Assembly (NCBI RefSeq): GCF_001194135.2
Contig: NC_068987.1
Span: forward strand, 41,939,390-41,979,787
DNA length: 40,398 nt
Source of the DNA: Octopus bimaculoides
Taxonomy: Eukaryota
Reading direction: 5' to 3'
Positions 11,354-22,399 of the stretch are shown here, in pieces. Below the pieces are notes generated by a model. That model saw only the letters and a list, made by a program, of their open reading frames with translations, was not told the origin of the DNA and did not search any database. The number at the start of each line of letters is the position of its first letter. Within the stretch, counting starts at the first letter, position 1. The translations under genes were made by a program, and so were the position numbers.

Positions 11354-11954
11354 TTGTATCCATAAAGTCATGGTGGGATTTCAAAACTATTGATGTATCT
11401 TCTAACGCTACACATTTCATATCCATGTTGAATAAGAGACTAATAAAGTTTTGATATGGCTTCTATTTGTTGACCTACACACATCTAATCCATACTCCAG
11501 TTCTTGCTACCAACAACGAAGAACATCAAGCGTAACAGATTGAACAGCATCACTGTTGTGTTCAATACTTGTAATAGGAACATTACATGTGTGGTGGCTC
11601 TTCCTTTAACTTGCAAACGTGCGTCACTAATTCAAATTTTACAAGCCAAAGAATGCATTGAGCTCTCCTTTGCACTGTCCATGTCTTGACTGCTGCATCA
11701 GCTTGGCATGGCATCAGTTATGTCACTGTCATGTGACTAGCTGCATGTGCATCTCAACGTTCTTTGTACACTCATCCAACTGGAGTATCAATGAGATATG
11801 TGTAGGGCAACAAATGGAAGCCACATTGAATTGCACCAAACTATATAAATTTCATTAGTTGATCACTTATTCAATACGGATATGAAATGTATAGTGTTGC
11901 TAGTTACATCAATAAATAGTTTTGAAATCCCACCATGACTTTATGGACAGACTG
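11350..11954 (-). mobile_element. Internally deleted Tc1/mariner-type DNA transposon
   Basis: Inverted repeats: ccataaagtcatggtgggatttcaaaactatt (11360-11391) and its reverse complement ending at 11946. The right end is ...CTG followed by TA. The minus strand reads WTVQRRAQCILWLVKF (N-terminal-like) and W*QELEYGLDVCRSTN (C-terminal-like). Confidence 0.75.
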
Positions 11955-13181
11955 TATTATTGAAAGATTTCATTGAAAAAAGTAATTATCGCAAAAATAA
12001 GTTAAAATTTGTCCTGAAATAAGTGACAATATAAAACAAATTTTTTACATAGAACGTGACAAGGAGGGAGTTCAAACATCAGGGAAAAGAGAAGCTTCAT
12101 CTTTTGTATTTTGTGTATTATTTCTTTTGATGAAGAAAATTTTAATGAGAAAGTGGATTTGACTGAACAAATTACAGTATGATGTACATTTGGCATGTGT
12201 TTTATTGACTTCACAATGATGTAAACTGAAATACTTTAAAGTTATTTATTAATAATTTCAATAATAATGGTTGAATATCAACAACATTGACATTTTGATG
12301 AAGGAGGCATTACTGATATGGGGGACATTTTTGTAGGAAACAACATTACACTAATATGGTGGATGTTGGTCCTTTTATGTAGGAGGCACTGCTACACTGA
12401 TATAATGGATATTGGTGCTTATGTTGGATTATGTCTGCTTTCCTTGCTGGTATTGGCAGGATAGGTTTTCACATTCAAAGTCACCAGTTATTTCAAGGTC
12501 CTGCTCAGCTAAATGGGTCAGTGGATTGCATCTTGCATCTGTTTCAGTTTTGATTATGGTTTCTCTGGCTGGATGCCCATCTAAATATCAACGATTTTAT
12601 AATGTGTACTTTTTCCATGGCATCAGCACTAGAAAAGTGTTGTCCTTAATAGAATTAAAGGGTCTGAGTGCTTTTTGTGGCACCAGCACTAGAAAGGTAG
12701 CCATGTCCTCAATATATTGAAAGGGATCTCACCACCTATGTGTCAGCTCACTTGCCAACTTCTTTGTAGAGTGAGACATGAGTAATAATGATGACAAGGG
12801 GAATGGGTGAGGGGGGGAGTGATTGGAGTACTCAGTTTTCTGAGTATATCAGCAGACAGTGTGTGTATGTCTGATTACAGGTGTAATATTGTATCAAAAA
12901 GTGAAAGTTCAGTAATTTCATAAAATATAAATTGAAAAAGAAAAAATCTGTACCAGACTGAAATAAGTAGGGTGGGGCTCAATATAATAATCTAAGACTC
13001 TGGATATGATAATATAAAACTCCAGCATGGGTATAGTTTGGTGATTGGAAGTAGTAAAAGAATAAAGTATATTTTAATTGTGAATCTGTTCAAGACAGTA
13101 TAAAAATGAATGTTAAAGATACTGTGATTATGATGATGATGATAGTGAAAATGTTAATGTCTACCATATATTTCTTTGCAG

Positions 13182-13261
13182 AGAACTTTCGTTGCCTTTG
13201 TACCCATGACAGAGGCTTTGGTTATAAAGGAAGCACATTGCATCGAATCATTCCACAGTTT
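13182..13261 (+). CDS. PPIE: PPIE exon, (E)[26 protein letters not shown]
   Basis: tttctttgcAG acceptor at 13180-81. 80 nt, phase 1 to 0. Classic cyclophilin motif. The donor is non-GT (AT). Confidence 0.93.
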
Positions 13262-13530
13262 ATATCCTAATCAAAACTCATTGGAACTATTTTCCAAGTT
13301 AATTTCTAGAGTTATTTTACATCATTAAAGATAGAATGTTTAGCATTAGGAAAATAATCTAGTTGCAAAATTTTGTTACTTTGTGTGGATCTATTCACAT
13401 TTTTAGAATAGTCTTACATATATTGTATCAGGATAAATGGGAGGTTTAAATGTCTTTTAAATATGCACCCTTTAATGAATCAACATTCACAAAGGAATAC
13501 CAACTACGATTTGATAAGCCTGACAACTAA

Positions 13531-13735
13531 CCTTTTTGTCACCATTCTGCTATTGAAATGCTCTGCCTCTGCTTCAGTTGACATAAATAATGCAAGATTT
13601 AGTAAAATAACATCACTATTAAGTTGGTGTTTAGAACATTAAGTAACCTGAAATTTTGATAGACGATTTTAGTTTAAAAGTGGAAGTGTATATCATAGAA
13701 TCAGAGGTAGTTTCAAGTGGAGGGATTTCAAAAGG
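13531..13735. mobile_element. Degraded piggyBac-type MITE
   Basis: Ends CCTTTTTGTCACC and ATTTCAAAAGG. The internal agttggtgtttagaacat motif is shared with the 13857 and 18238 copies. The TTAA sites are degenerate. Confidence 0.55.
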
Positions 13736-13856
13736 TTTCATATATTATTTTTTTGTAGTAATTAAATTAAGAAGAGAAACATACCTCTTTTCTAGGTTAA
13801 TTCTCTACTTTGTTTAATTAAAATATATAAAGTTTTTACTCTAAGAGCATGTTTAA

Positions 13857-14038
13857 CCTTTTTGTTATTATATTACTTTTGTTTCAATAAATTTTGAAAA
13901 TAATAAAGAATTAGGTAAAATAACTGTCTTCATGAAGCTGGTGTTTGGAACAAATTAACAGGAAAATTTAGATCGCTGTAAAACAGAAAGTTTGTGTCAG
14001 AACCTGGAACAGTCTCTGGCAGGTAGGTAGGAAAAGGG
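13857..14038. mobile_element. piggyBac-type MITE with TTAA TSD
   Basis: TTAA at 13853-56 and 14039-42. Ends CCTTTTTGTTA and GAAAAGGG. Confidence 0.7.
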
Positions 14039-14185
14039 TTAAAACATTTTCATTTTAAAAGCTGTTACACTGATAACAATGAATAATGAAAAGGATTTGT
14101 AAAATGAGAAGTGGTCTTTTTTTTTTTGGAAACAATATTAAGGATTTGTATCACTACATTATATTTGTCCTTAACTCTGAAGTAC

Positions 14186-14291
14186 ATGTGTCAAGGAGGT
14201 GACTTTACGAGGCACAACGGAACAGGAGGAAAATCAATTTATGGAAATAAATTTGATGATGAAAATTTTGTCTTAAAACATACAGGAGCTG
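14186..14291 (+). CDS. PPIE: PPIE exon, [35 protein letters not shown](G)
   Basis: Follows the U12 AC acceptor. GTAAGT donor at 14292. Phase 0 to 1. Cyclophilin signature. Confidence 0.95.
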
Positions 14292-15059
14292 GTAAGTGGA
14301 AATAGCCTGCCATTTTGTTTTAGCTGTGTTTTCTTTATCAGCTAAGGAAATTTAACTTATTTGAAAAACTAACAATTATTTATTGATGTGTTTCTTTATG
14401 CCAGCATAGAAAACGTAATAAATGATTGAGTTGATAGAAGTGCTAGACAATTTATCAAGTGGATAGTGGTTCATACCCTACTATGGTCAATGTTGTGTGT
14501 CTCTGGCTGACACACAGAATATCCATACCTAACTACCTGATATAGATCCATATTGGATACCTTTTGCATGGTTCATTCTATTGCAAACATTTAGGCCAAG
14601 TCTCTGGTTTGAAAATAATCTCTTTGTACTCTCCCAGAGGCCCCGAAAGGAGTCATGGCTTCTACTGTTGCTTTTTTTGACTGTCAGTAAAAAATGTGAT
14701 GTAATTCTTCAGTTCTGAGTTTAGTTTCTTTTTTTTGGAGGAAAATTAATTTGTGACAGATTGAGATAATTTTAAAGAAGGTTGTCTTTCATAGACTTAA
14801 TCATGTAAAATTGGAGATAAATACTGGCTGAGTGGACTGCAGATGTCCCCTGAGAGGAAAAAGAATTATGATAATTTTTAATCTTGATATAGTCAGAGAA
14901 TTGTGTTGAGAGTGTAGTTAATTTGGGGTAAAGAATATAGTTAGATCAATCCCAAAACTTGTTTTATGAGCCTGGTAAAGTTGACATTAGCAGGGTTTGA
15001 ACTCAGAATGAAAGGGAACATAATTCAATACATCACAACCCTAATAATGATAATGTTAT

Positions 15060-15262
15060 AATTGTTTCAAATTTTGGAATAAGACTAGCAGTTTTAGTTG
15101 AAGTGGGTTAGTCAATTACAGTGACCCCAGTACTTGACTGATACATTATTTTACTGACCCTGGTTGGATGACCTCAGCAGCATTTGAACTCAAAACATAG
15201 TGTTAGAAGAAATGTTGCTAAGTATTTTGTCCAACATGCTAGCACTTCTTTCAGCTTGCCAC
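15060..15262 (+). mobile_element. Abundant interspersed repeat (ttttggcacaagg...ccccagtacttgactggtac...gaactcag family); other copies near 14930-15020, 15660-15880, 16600-16700 and 38090-38270(-)
   Basis: Recurring motif set across the window. Family name not assigned. Confidence 0.6.
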
Positions 15263-15286
15263 CCTAATAATAATGATAATAATAAT

Positions 15287-15660
15287 AACAAGAGCACTCA
15301 GAGAGCACCAACATCTGCCAAAGCAACACTAACGTCCTCTCAATGATTAACCAGAGATGATTTTTAAAATGAGAATATCTGGAATAAACTCAACTGCTCT
15401 CACAAGCCAGAATACTGAAAATGAACTTGACCGCCCTCAAAAAAAAAAAAAAAAACAGAAAAATAATCCAGAATCCTTGTCTGGTACCGTATCGATCCCA
15501 AAATCTAATCAGTTTGTGCCAGTCATGAGGCCAAACATCCCTGAAATTTTCATTGGAATCCATCTAGTGATTCTTGAGATATCTTGTCCATGCACAACCA
15601 AACAAACGAACAAACATGACTGAAAACAATACCTCTCCCTTTGCTAAGGTGGAGATAATA
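15287..15660 (-). mobile_element. Non-autonomous Helentron-type (HINE/DINE-1-like) element
   Basis: The minus strand begins ttattatctccaccttagcaaagggagaggta (hairpin), then a GTTT microsatellite, and ends gtgctctctgagtgctcttgtt. It sits in a T-rich site with no TSD. This matches the HINE architecture as I recall it. Confidence 0.55.
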
Positions 15661-16119
15661 ATTGTTTCAAATTTTGGCACAAGGATAAAAATTTCAGGAG
15701 AGGGACTAAGTTAATTAAATCAACCCCAGTGCTCAGCAGGTACTTATTTTTTTTTTGACTCTGAAAGGATGAAATGCAAAATCAACCTCGGTGGAATTTG
15801 AATTCAGAGCATAAAGACAGATGAAATACCACTAAGCATTTTGCCTGGCATGCTGATGATTCTGCCAGCATTCCACCTCAATAATTATAATATTAATAAT
15901 AATAATAATGATGATATTAACAACAACAATTATAATAAGAATTTCACCTTTCTTGATAGCTTCATATTCAGTTAGTCACCTTACTTAACAGTTGAGTATT
16001 ATTATAAATTTCATTTTTAATTAAAAAAATTGAACTACACAAATAATGTATATAAAATTTAATTAGAAACGTTAGAAATAATGTATATAAAATTTAATTT
16101 AGAAACGTCTTCCTTGCAG

Positions 16120-16195
16120 GTACATTATCAATGGCTAACAGTGGACCCAACACCAATGGTTCACAGTTTTTCATTTGCACAGAAAAAACTGATTG
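16120..16195 (+). CDS. PPIE: PPIE exon, (G)[24 protein letters not shown](W)
   Basis: tccttgcAG at 16118-19, GTATGT donor at 16196, phase 1 to 2. Confidence 0.95.
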
Positions 16196-16199
16196 GTAT

Positions 16200-16400
16200 G
16201 TATCAATAACATACAAATTGATATTTATTGTATTAATAACATACAAGTTGATATCAATAATACACAAGTTGATATCTATCAATGACACACAAATTGACAT
16301 CTATTGGTATATATAGCAATAATATACTTGTTGACGTTAGCAACAAATTAATATCCATTGATAAGTTGATATCTATGCTACAAATAAGACATGACACACA
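16200..16400 (+). repeat. Degenerate AT-rich minisatellite (units like tatcaataacatacaaattgata)
   Basis: Repeated aca(c/t)a(a/g)(a/g)ttgata units of about 20-30 bp starting right after the donor. Confidence 0.7.
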
Positions 16401-17130
16401 AATTATTCTGGTAATATCTCTGTAATTATACTTTATACCTGCTGCTTTGTTGATGTGGAGTGATAATCACTAATATTCATGTTCTGTATCATTTTAATAT
16501 CATCCTTTCACAATTAATAACAAACTCATTATCATTTACAATTAATAACAGACAAATCCTCTTGATGATAGTTAGCTGAAGACCTTTGATACTAGATCAA
16601 GGTCACAAATTTGGATGGATGAAACCAATTTAGTCAGACCCTAGTACATGACTGGTTACTTATTTTATACTTGTTCCTGAAGGATGAAATACAAATTTTT
16701 TTCAATGAGATTTTTTTCAATGTAACCAAATTGAATTAAATCATTTTATCTTGCAGATACTCCTGTGTTTGTCTAAAAATGGTTTCAAAGGAGTGTTCAG
16801 TGATTTTTGCTATACTGAGTTTTATATATCAGGAATGTATGATATATATTGCTATATAACTAATTTCAGATGTAATGTTATATAGCCAGTATGGTGTATT
16901 ATATGTAACATGCTTGTATGAAGTTATACAGCTAGTATGTTACTTCTTATATTTTCATATTTTGCAACCTAACAAAGACTTTTGGTAACAAAGACTTGGT
17001 AATAATGACTTTTAATGCAGATAGAAAGCTACACAGACTAGAAGAGAGTAGAATTAGATCGATTCCAAGACTTATCGATTGGGATTTATTTTGTCAATCC
17101 TGGTAGGACTTAAATTCATTTAACATGTTT

Positions 17131-17345
17131 TTTTTTTAATGCTAGCATGGATTGGATGGTTTGACCAGAACTGGCAAGTTGGAGAACTGTACCAGGTTCC
17201 AGTCTGATTTGGTTTAGTCTATATAGCTGGATGCCCTTCCTAACGTCAACCACTTTACAGTATGTGCTGGGTGATTTTAACATGGCACCAGCATGAACAC
17301 TTTTATGTGGCACCAGCACGAGTGCTTTTTACATAGTACCAGCAC
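17131..17345 (-). mobile_element. RTE-tail SINE-like copy, minus strand
   Basis: catgctagcatggattggatggtttgac...ctggatgcccttcctaacgtcaaccact, the reverse complement of the tail motif. Confidence 0.7.
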
Positions 17346-18237
17346 AAGCCAATCATCTTCTTCAGGAAGAGTAGGTTTTAACATTTCTTCTATGGAGAAC
17401 AGGTCTTCTTGAGCACAGCAAGGCACCAGATAACTCAGTCTTTTGTCATCTCTTTTGAAAGGTTCACTCTCCAGAAGTTGTCCTTCAGTACTTCATCCCA
17501 TGTCTTCTCGGGTGTCCCTCTTCCATGAGTTCCATCTGCTTTTAGTGATCAGCACTTCTTTATGGCACTGTTGACATCCATCTGCATCACATGACTTATC
17601 ATCCATCACCATATGGTGAACATAATGTTTTTCTTGGTGGTGGCAATTGCAAGACCTCCAGATCTTGGGTTATCTTCAAGATTCTGCCTTCCCTATCTAA
17701 AAGCGCCCACTTTTGCACTGTTGATAAAGCTGGTGTGACATTCACTAATGTAGCAAGCATGTCAGCATGAATGATTAGGGAGGCTCAGCTTTTTTTCAGC
17801 AAGTACTTGATAACAGCACAATGCTGAATTTTGTTGATTTTCAAGAGAAATTGTTACCAGTTACTTTTGAAGCCTTCTTTGAGCAGTCAGATGTCAATTT
17901 ACCTGGAAAGTAACAATGCAGCTATTAATACGAAAATTGGAAATTAATGTATGGAAGATTTCACAGCTCTAGCATCACTCTTTCATAAGCAGCCTATGAA
18001 CTTTTCAGCCCAATCTCATACATAGCCATTACATAAGACTCATACACAGTGCAGCTAGTTATGATTGAACAAGAGAGTACATTGGAATGTTACATCAAAG
18101 GTTTTACTCCTCTTCACACGAATAATTAAATACTTTTGTTGTAGACTATCTGTTGTACTTGTCAACTAACCCTATTGTTTTACAGGTACTTAGCAATTTT
18201 GAGGAAATGAAAATAAAATGATTGTAGAAGTGTTTAA

Positions 18238-18385
18238 CCCTTTTGTTACCATATTCCTGTGGTGATTGCCTTTGTTATTATAAGCTGGTGTTTGGAACAT
18301 AAATTAACACAGAATTTTGATGGAAAGTTTTTATTTTGATCACTTCATTATAGGAAGTAGTGTCAGGTGGGTTGATATCAAAGGG
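18238..18385. mobile_element. piggyBac-type MITE with TTAA TSD
   Basis: TTAA at 18234-37 and 18386-89. Ends CCCTTTTGTTACC and GATATCAAAGGG. Confidence 0.75.
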
Positions 18386-19567
18386 TTAAATTTAGAATGG
18401 AGAGTAAAAGCTACCAACTTGCCACCATTCTTGTGAAGAGTTATACATTGTGACAAATATGTTAACATGAGAGGACAAAGGACTAGGATGTCTGGCGGTA
18501 TGAGACTCTTAAGAAGACCCACTCACCTCTGCAAAATTAACTCCTGGAAGCACTATATGCATAAATGGGTACCTAACCCAAACTCTTTTGAACATCCTCT
18601 CTCCCAACATCTCTCTCACTGCCACCCCTACCCAACTGAGACCATCTTATTTTTTTTGCTAACAAGAAACATTTCATTTGTTAGCTATTTTTCATCCATC
18701 AATGTCTCTTCCCAACTTGAACCACCAAATTATCTCTTCACATACACAACACTTACATTCCCCTCACTCAATTTTGTGGTCAATTCAACCATGACATCTC
18801 TCCCTTGTCCTTTCTGTAAACTGCATCACCATTACTATCACTATCTTGCTGTCTTCCCCCACTCTTTCCTACAACCCTCTACCTTCCCCAACTTGTACAC
18901 CATTGATCATCCATCACTTCCTATATTTACCCGTCAATCCTACACGCTTTAAAGTTGTTGTCTACTTCCCATCACCACCTCCACTGTCCCAATACACTTC
19001 TATTCACGTCACACCTTGAGAAGCCACTTTCATTTGCAGCTTCTACAGATCATTCTCACTCTCTCTTATTGGTAACTATGTAGTTCGTCTGCAAAAGCCT
19101 ATCCTTACATAAGTGGTACCCCCACCATAAACCTAGGTTTTGTAGTCTTGTGAGCCACATAGCAACCTCACTAGTGCTGGCAGCATGAAAAATGTACCTA
19201 GTATATGCTGTAAAGTGGTTGGCATTAGGAAGGGCATCCACCAGAATAAACCATATCAAAGCAGACACCAACCCAGCCAGCATGAAAAGTAGATGTTAAA
19301 TGATGAGGAATTATTGAAAGAGTTTCTAGACCTTGGTAGAATTAAGTTAAATCTGTTTGAAATTGCACATATTGCATCTAATTATTTGATAATATGCTTT
19401 GATAATCCAGCTCGATTTACTCTATTCGAATAAAAAGACAGAATGATCATAGGACTATTTCATCGAGGATGACCAGGTACAACATTAGAACATTATACAT
19501 GAAAAATATATTTCAAAATAACTTTCAATTGATTTCTCTATTTAATAACGATTTTTAATATCTACAG

Positions 19568-19634
19568 GCTGGACAATAAACATGTAGCATTTGGTAAAGT
19601 AATTGAAGGAATGGATGTTGTTCGAAGAATGGAG
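19568..19634 (+). CDS. PPIE: PPIE exon, (W)LDNKHVAFGKVIEGMDVVRRME
   Basis: tctacAG at 19566-67, GTAAAT at 19635, phase 2 to 0. Confidence 0.95.
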
Positions 19635-19880
19635 GTAAATTATTGGTTTCTGTTTTCTTTCCCATAATCAATATCAGTTTGATGATATTTTCTTTCATGC
19701 TGGTATGGTTGAGACGAATCAGGTAGAATCTCTTCTAGTCACCAATCTGTACTTGTTTTATAAGAACCCTCTCCATTCCACCACTTACTTTATGTCTACT
19801 GTATTATGGAACAATTGCTCACCAGAAAAATTAAACATCTTTTGCTTAGTGCAACTCATGACATGATTGACATATTTTTA

Positions 19881-20132
19881 ATATATATATATATATATAC
19901 ACGTATATGTATATATACGTATATGTATATGCATGTATGTATATATATATGTATATGCATGTATGTATATATATATGTATATGCATGTATGTATATATAT
20001 ATGTATATGCATGTATATATATATGCATGTATGTATATATATATATATGCATGTATGTATATATATATATGCATGTATGTATATATATATATGCATGTAT
20101 GTATATATATATATGCATGTATGTATATATAT
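19881..20132. repeat. Compound microsatellite ((TA)n GCATGTATG units), running into an N gap at 20133-20446
   Basis: Directly visible. Source of the spurious Y/I/M/H-rich ORFs. Confidence 0.95.
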
Positions 20133-20813
20133 NNNNNNNNNNNNNNNNNNNNNNNNNNNNNNNNNNNNNNNNNNNNNNNNNNNNNNNNNNNNNNNNNNNN
20201 NNNNNNNNNNNNNNNNNNNNNNNNNNNNNNNNNNNNNNNNNNNNNNNNNNNNNNNNNNNNNNNNNNNNNNNNNNNNNNNNNNNNNNNNNNNNNNNNNNNN
20301 NNNNNNNNNNNNNNNNNNNNNNNNNNNNNNNNNNNNNNNNNNNNNNNNNNNNNNNNNNNNNNNNNNNNNNNNNNNNNNNNNNNNNNNNNNNNNNNNNNNN
20401 NNNNNNNNNNNNNNNNNNNNNNNNNNNNNNNNNNNNNNNNNNNNNNCAAATCGTCCAACCCATGCTAGCATGGAAAGCGGACGTTAAACGATGATGATGA
20501 TGATGTGTGTATATATATATATATATAAATAAAAGTAAATGTTAGAGGTAATACTTGATAACTGTAAGCACCTGTGTATGACAGATCGTGGCCGGGGTGA
20601 AAGGATAAATTGGAAACATAAAAATAAAAACAAAACACAAAGGATTCTGCGGTACACGTGTTTCAAGCTTTATATTTGTTGCATCATTATTGGTATATAA
20701 TTGATAGTATAAAGCTATCTTCAGCCGCAAATATATTCTTTCCCAAGAATTATATCACAAAGAGGAAATTAAAGGAGGGAGAAACATGAGAGATAAAAGG
20801 TGAGAGTCCACTT

Positions 20814-20920
20814 GGTATTGTCCATTGTAATATACCTCGTAGAATCTTTAATTTGAAATATTTACATAAAAGTTCATCGGTACTCCAAAATCTACGAGGT
20901 ATATTACAATGGACAATACC
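20814..20920. repeat. Perfect 30-bp inverted repeat with a 47-nt spacer (MITE-like hairpin)
   Basis: ggtattgtccattgtaatatacctcgtaga (20814-20843) is the exact reverse complement of 20891-20920. Confidence 0.92.
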
Positions 20921-21623
20921 CAGACTTTCAAGTCAGCAATCCGACTGACTTTTTTACCACTGCAGATATAAAAAGAGGCAATGATGATCGATTACATCGA
21001 TATTTTTGTGAATCTCTGAAGAGGCCTAGCGAATCATGCATGTACCCCCATTACATCATTTTCATCTGCTAATTACTCCGGCACACAGGAGCTATAGGGA
21101 TAGAATGGGGCATGCCAACGCTAGGCTGAAACAGCTGTAAGTTTCTGTATATTCTCCAATTGCTAAATGTACTTTATATTTATTACCTTAATTGTTAATA
21201 TGGCATGGTATGTCATAAGCATCTGTATATTGTGGTTTTTGTCATTTTAGTTACAAAATAAACAAATTAATTCAATGGAATACAGCATATTCTCCTTCAT
21301 TGTCTTATTGCTATATAAATTTAGGGTAAAATAACCCCCTTTTACCCGCACCCACTTATTACACTTGGTATAACACTAGTGTAGCAATAATTGGGTACCC
21401 TCCTAGCAGTATATTGGATAGATACTATCCCTTAGTGGGTTGAATTCTCAACCCCTAACTCTCTTGCATTATATACATATACACATAGAAAATACTTGCC
21501 TAAGGTGCCTTGCAGTAGGCCCGAATCTTTGACCACATAGTTGGGAAGCACGCTTCTTAACCAGACAGCCATGCAAGCACCTATTAAATATTTATTTAAT
21601 AATAATTCTTCTTTATCTTTCAG

Positions 21624-21695
21624 AGTTTTGGTTCTAAGTCAGGGAAAACTTCTGAGAAAGTAACAATATCAAATTGTGGAGAACTTTGTTGCTGA
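21624..21695 (+). CDS. PPIE: PPIE last coding exon, SFGSKSGKTSEKVTISNCGELCC*
   Basis: Polypyrimidine tract then CAG at 21621-23. TGA at 21693-95. The six exons total 531 nt, i.e. 176 aa plus stop. Confidence 0.93.
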   Translation, partial: SFGSKSGKTSEKVTISNCGELCC

Positions 21696-21787
21696 ACCAA
21701 AATTTGGGTAAAATAACCCAAATGAATGAGGGAACACACTGGCTGCTCTGAATTTTCATTTTCTAAAATTGTGTTTATTTATATATA

Positions 21788-21797
21788 AATAAATAAA
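21788..21797 (+). terminator. PPIE: Putative PPIE polyadenylation signals (overlapping AATAAA x2)
   Basis: AATAAATAAA about 93 nt after the stop, followed by GT/T-rich sequence. Usage not shown. Confidence 0.5.
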
Positions 21798-22399
21798 AGA
21801 AAAAGGTGTTTTGAATCTCTTTAATGGAGGAAACTTAAAATGGCACATTAAGAGTGTATTCTATCAACATTTTGTTTTTTTATCATTGTTCAGGATGAAT
21901 GAGCTGTACAACATTTTACATTTGCTGAACTCAATTCATGGGAGAAACTGATGTACCCAGTGTCCTGGCCAGCAGATGTAAACACATTTCTTCAACAAGA
22001 TAGAGTGTACTAGTTGTCTTTTATGTTAATGGCACTGGCTACAACTACAATTTCTCTTAGCTTTGATATGTCTTCTGAAGCACAGCAACTGAAGATCATA
22101 TTGCACCACCTTGTCCCACGTCATTGTGTTTGCATCTTCCACAGTTTCCTCCAGTTCGAGGTTGGCATTTCTTTATGCAGCTGTCTCATCCATATGCATT
22201 ACATGACCACACCCGTAGTCTTTTCTCTTACACACCACATCTTATACACAATTTCTCTCTTAAGATAACACACTGTCATATGTGCACAATGACATTGCAC
22301 ATATTGTTTCATTTCTTTGCGTGTCCTCTGCAATTACAGCCCATGTTTCACTACCACATAACATGGCTGTTTGCTCACAGGCATCATACAATCTACCTT

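Larger units (their letters stand above)
13262..14185 (+). other. PPIE: U12-type (minor spliceosome) AT-AC intron, 924 nt
   Basis: 5' site ATATCCTAA, branch point TCCTTAAC at 14168-14175, terminal AC at 14184-85. Removal gives the invariant ...IIPQF/MCQGGDF... in frame. Confidence 0.92.

Noticed and set aside
13255-13262. GT at 13258-59 as a conventional donor
   Set aside because: Poor consensus (GTTTAT), and it cannot restore QF/MCQ with any nearby AG. The AT-AC reading fits exactly.
18467-18952. 161-aa ORF
   Set aside because: No recognisable motif or splice context. It overlaps pyrimidine-rich decayed repeat sequence.
21318-21340. Intronic 20-mer resembling the hairpin after the PPIE stop (aaattt(a)gggtaaaataaccc)
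   Set aside because: Too short and AT-rich to separate from chance.
21687-22000. Selenocysteine reading of TGT TGC TGA (C-C-U)
   Set aside because: No well-paired SECIS seen in the 3' UTR, and no selenocyclophilin precedent that I know of.
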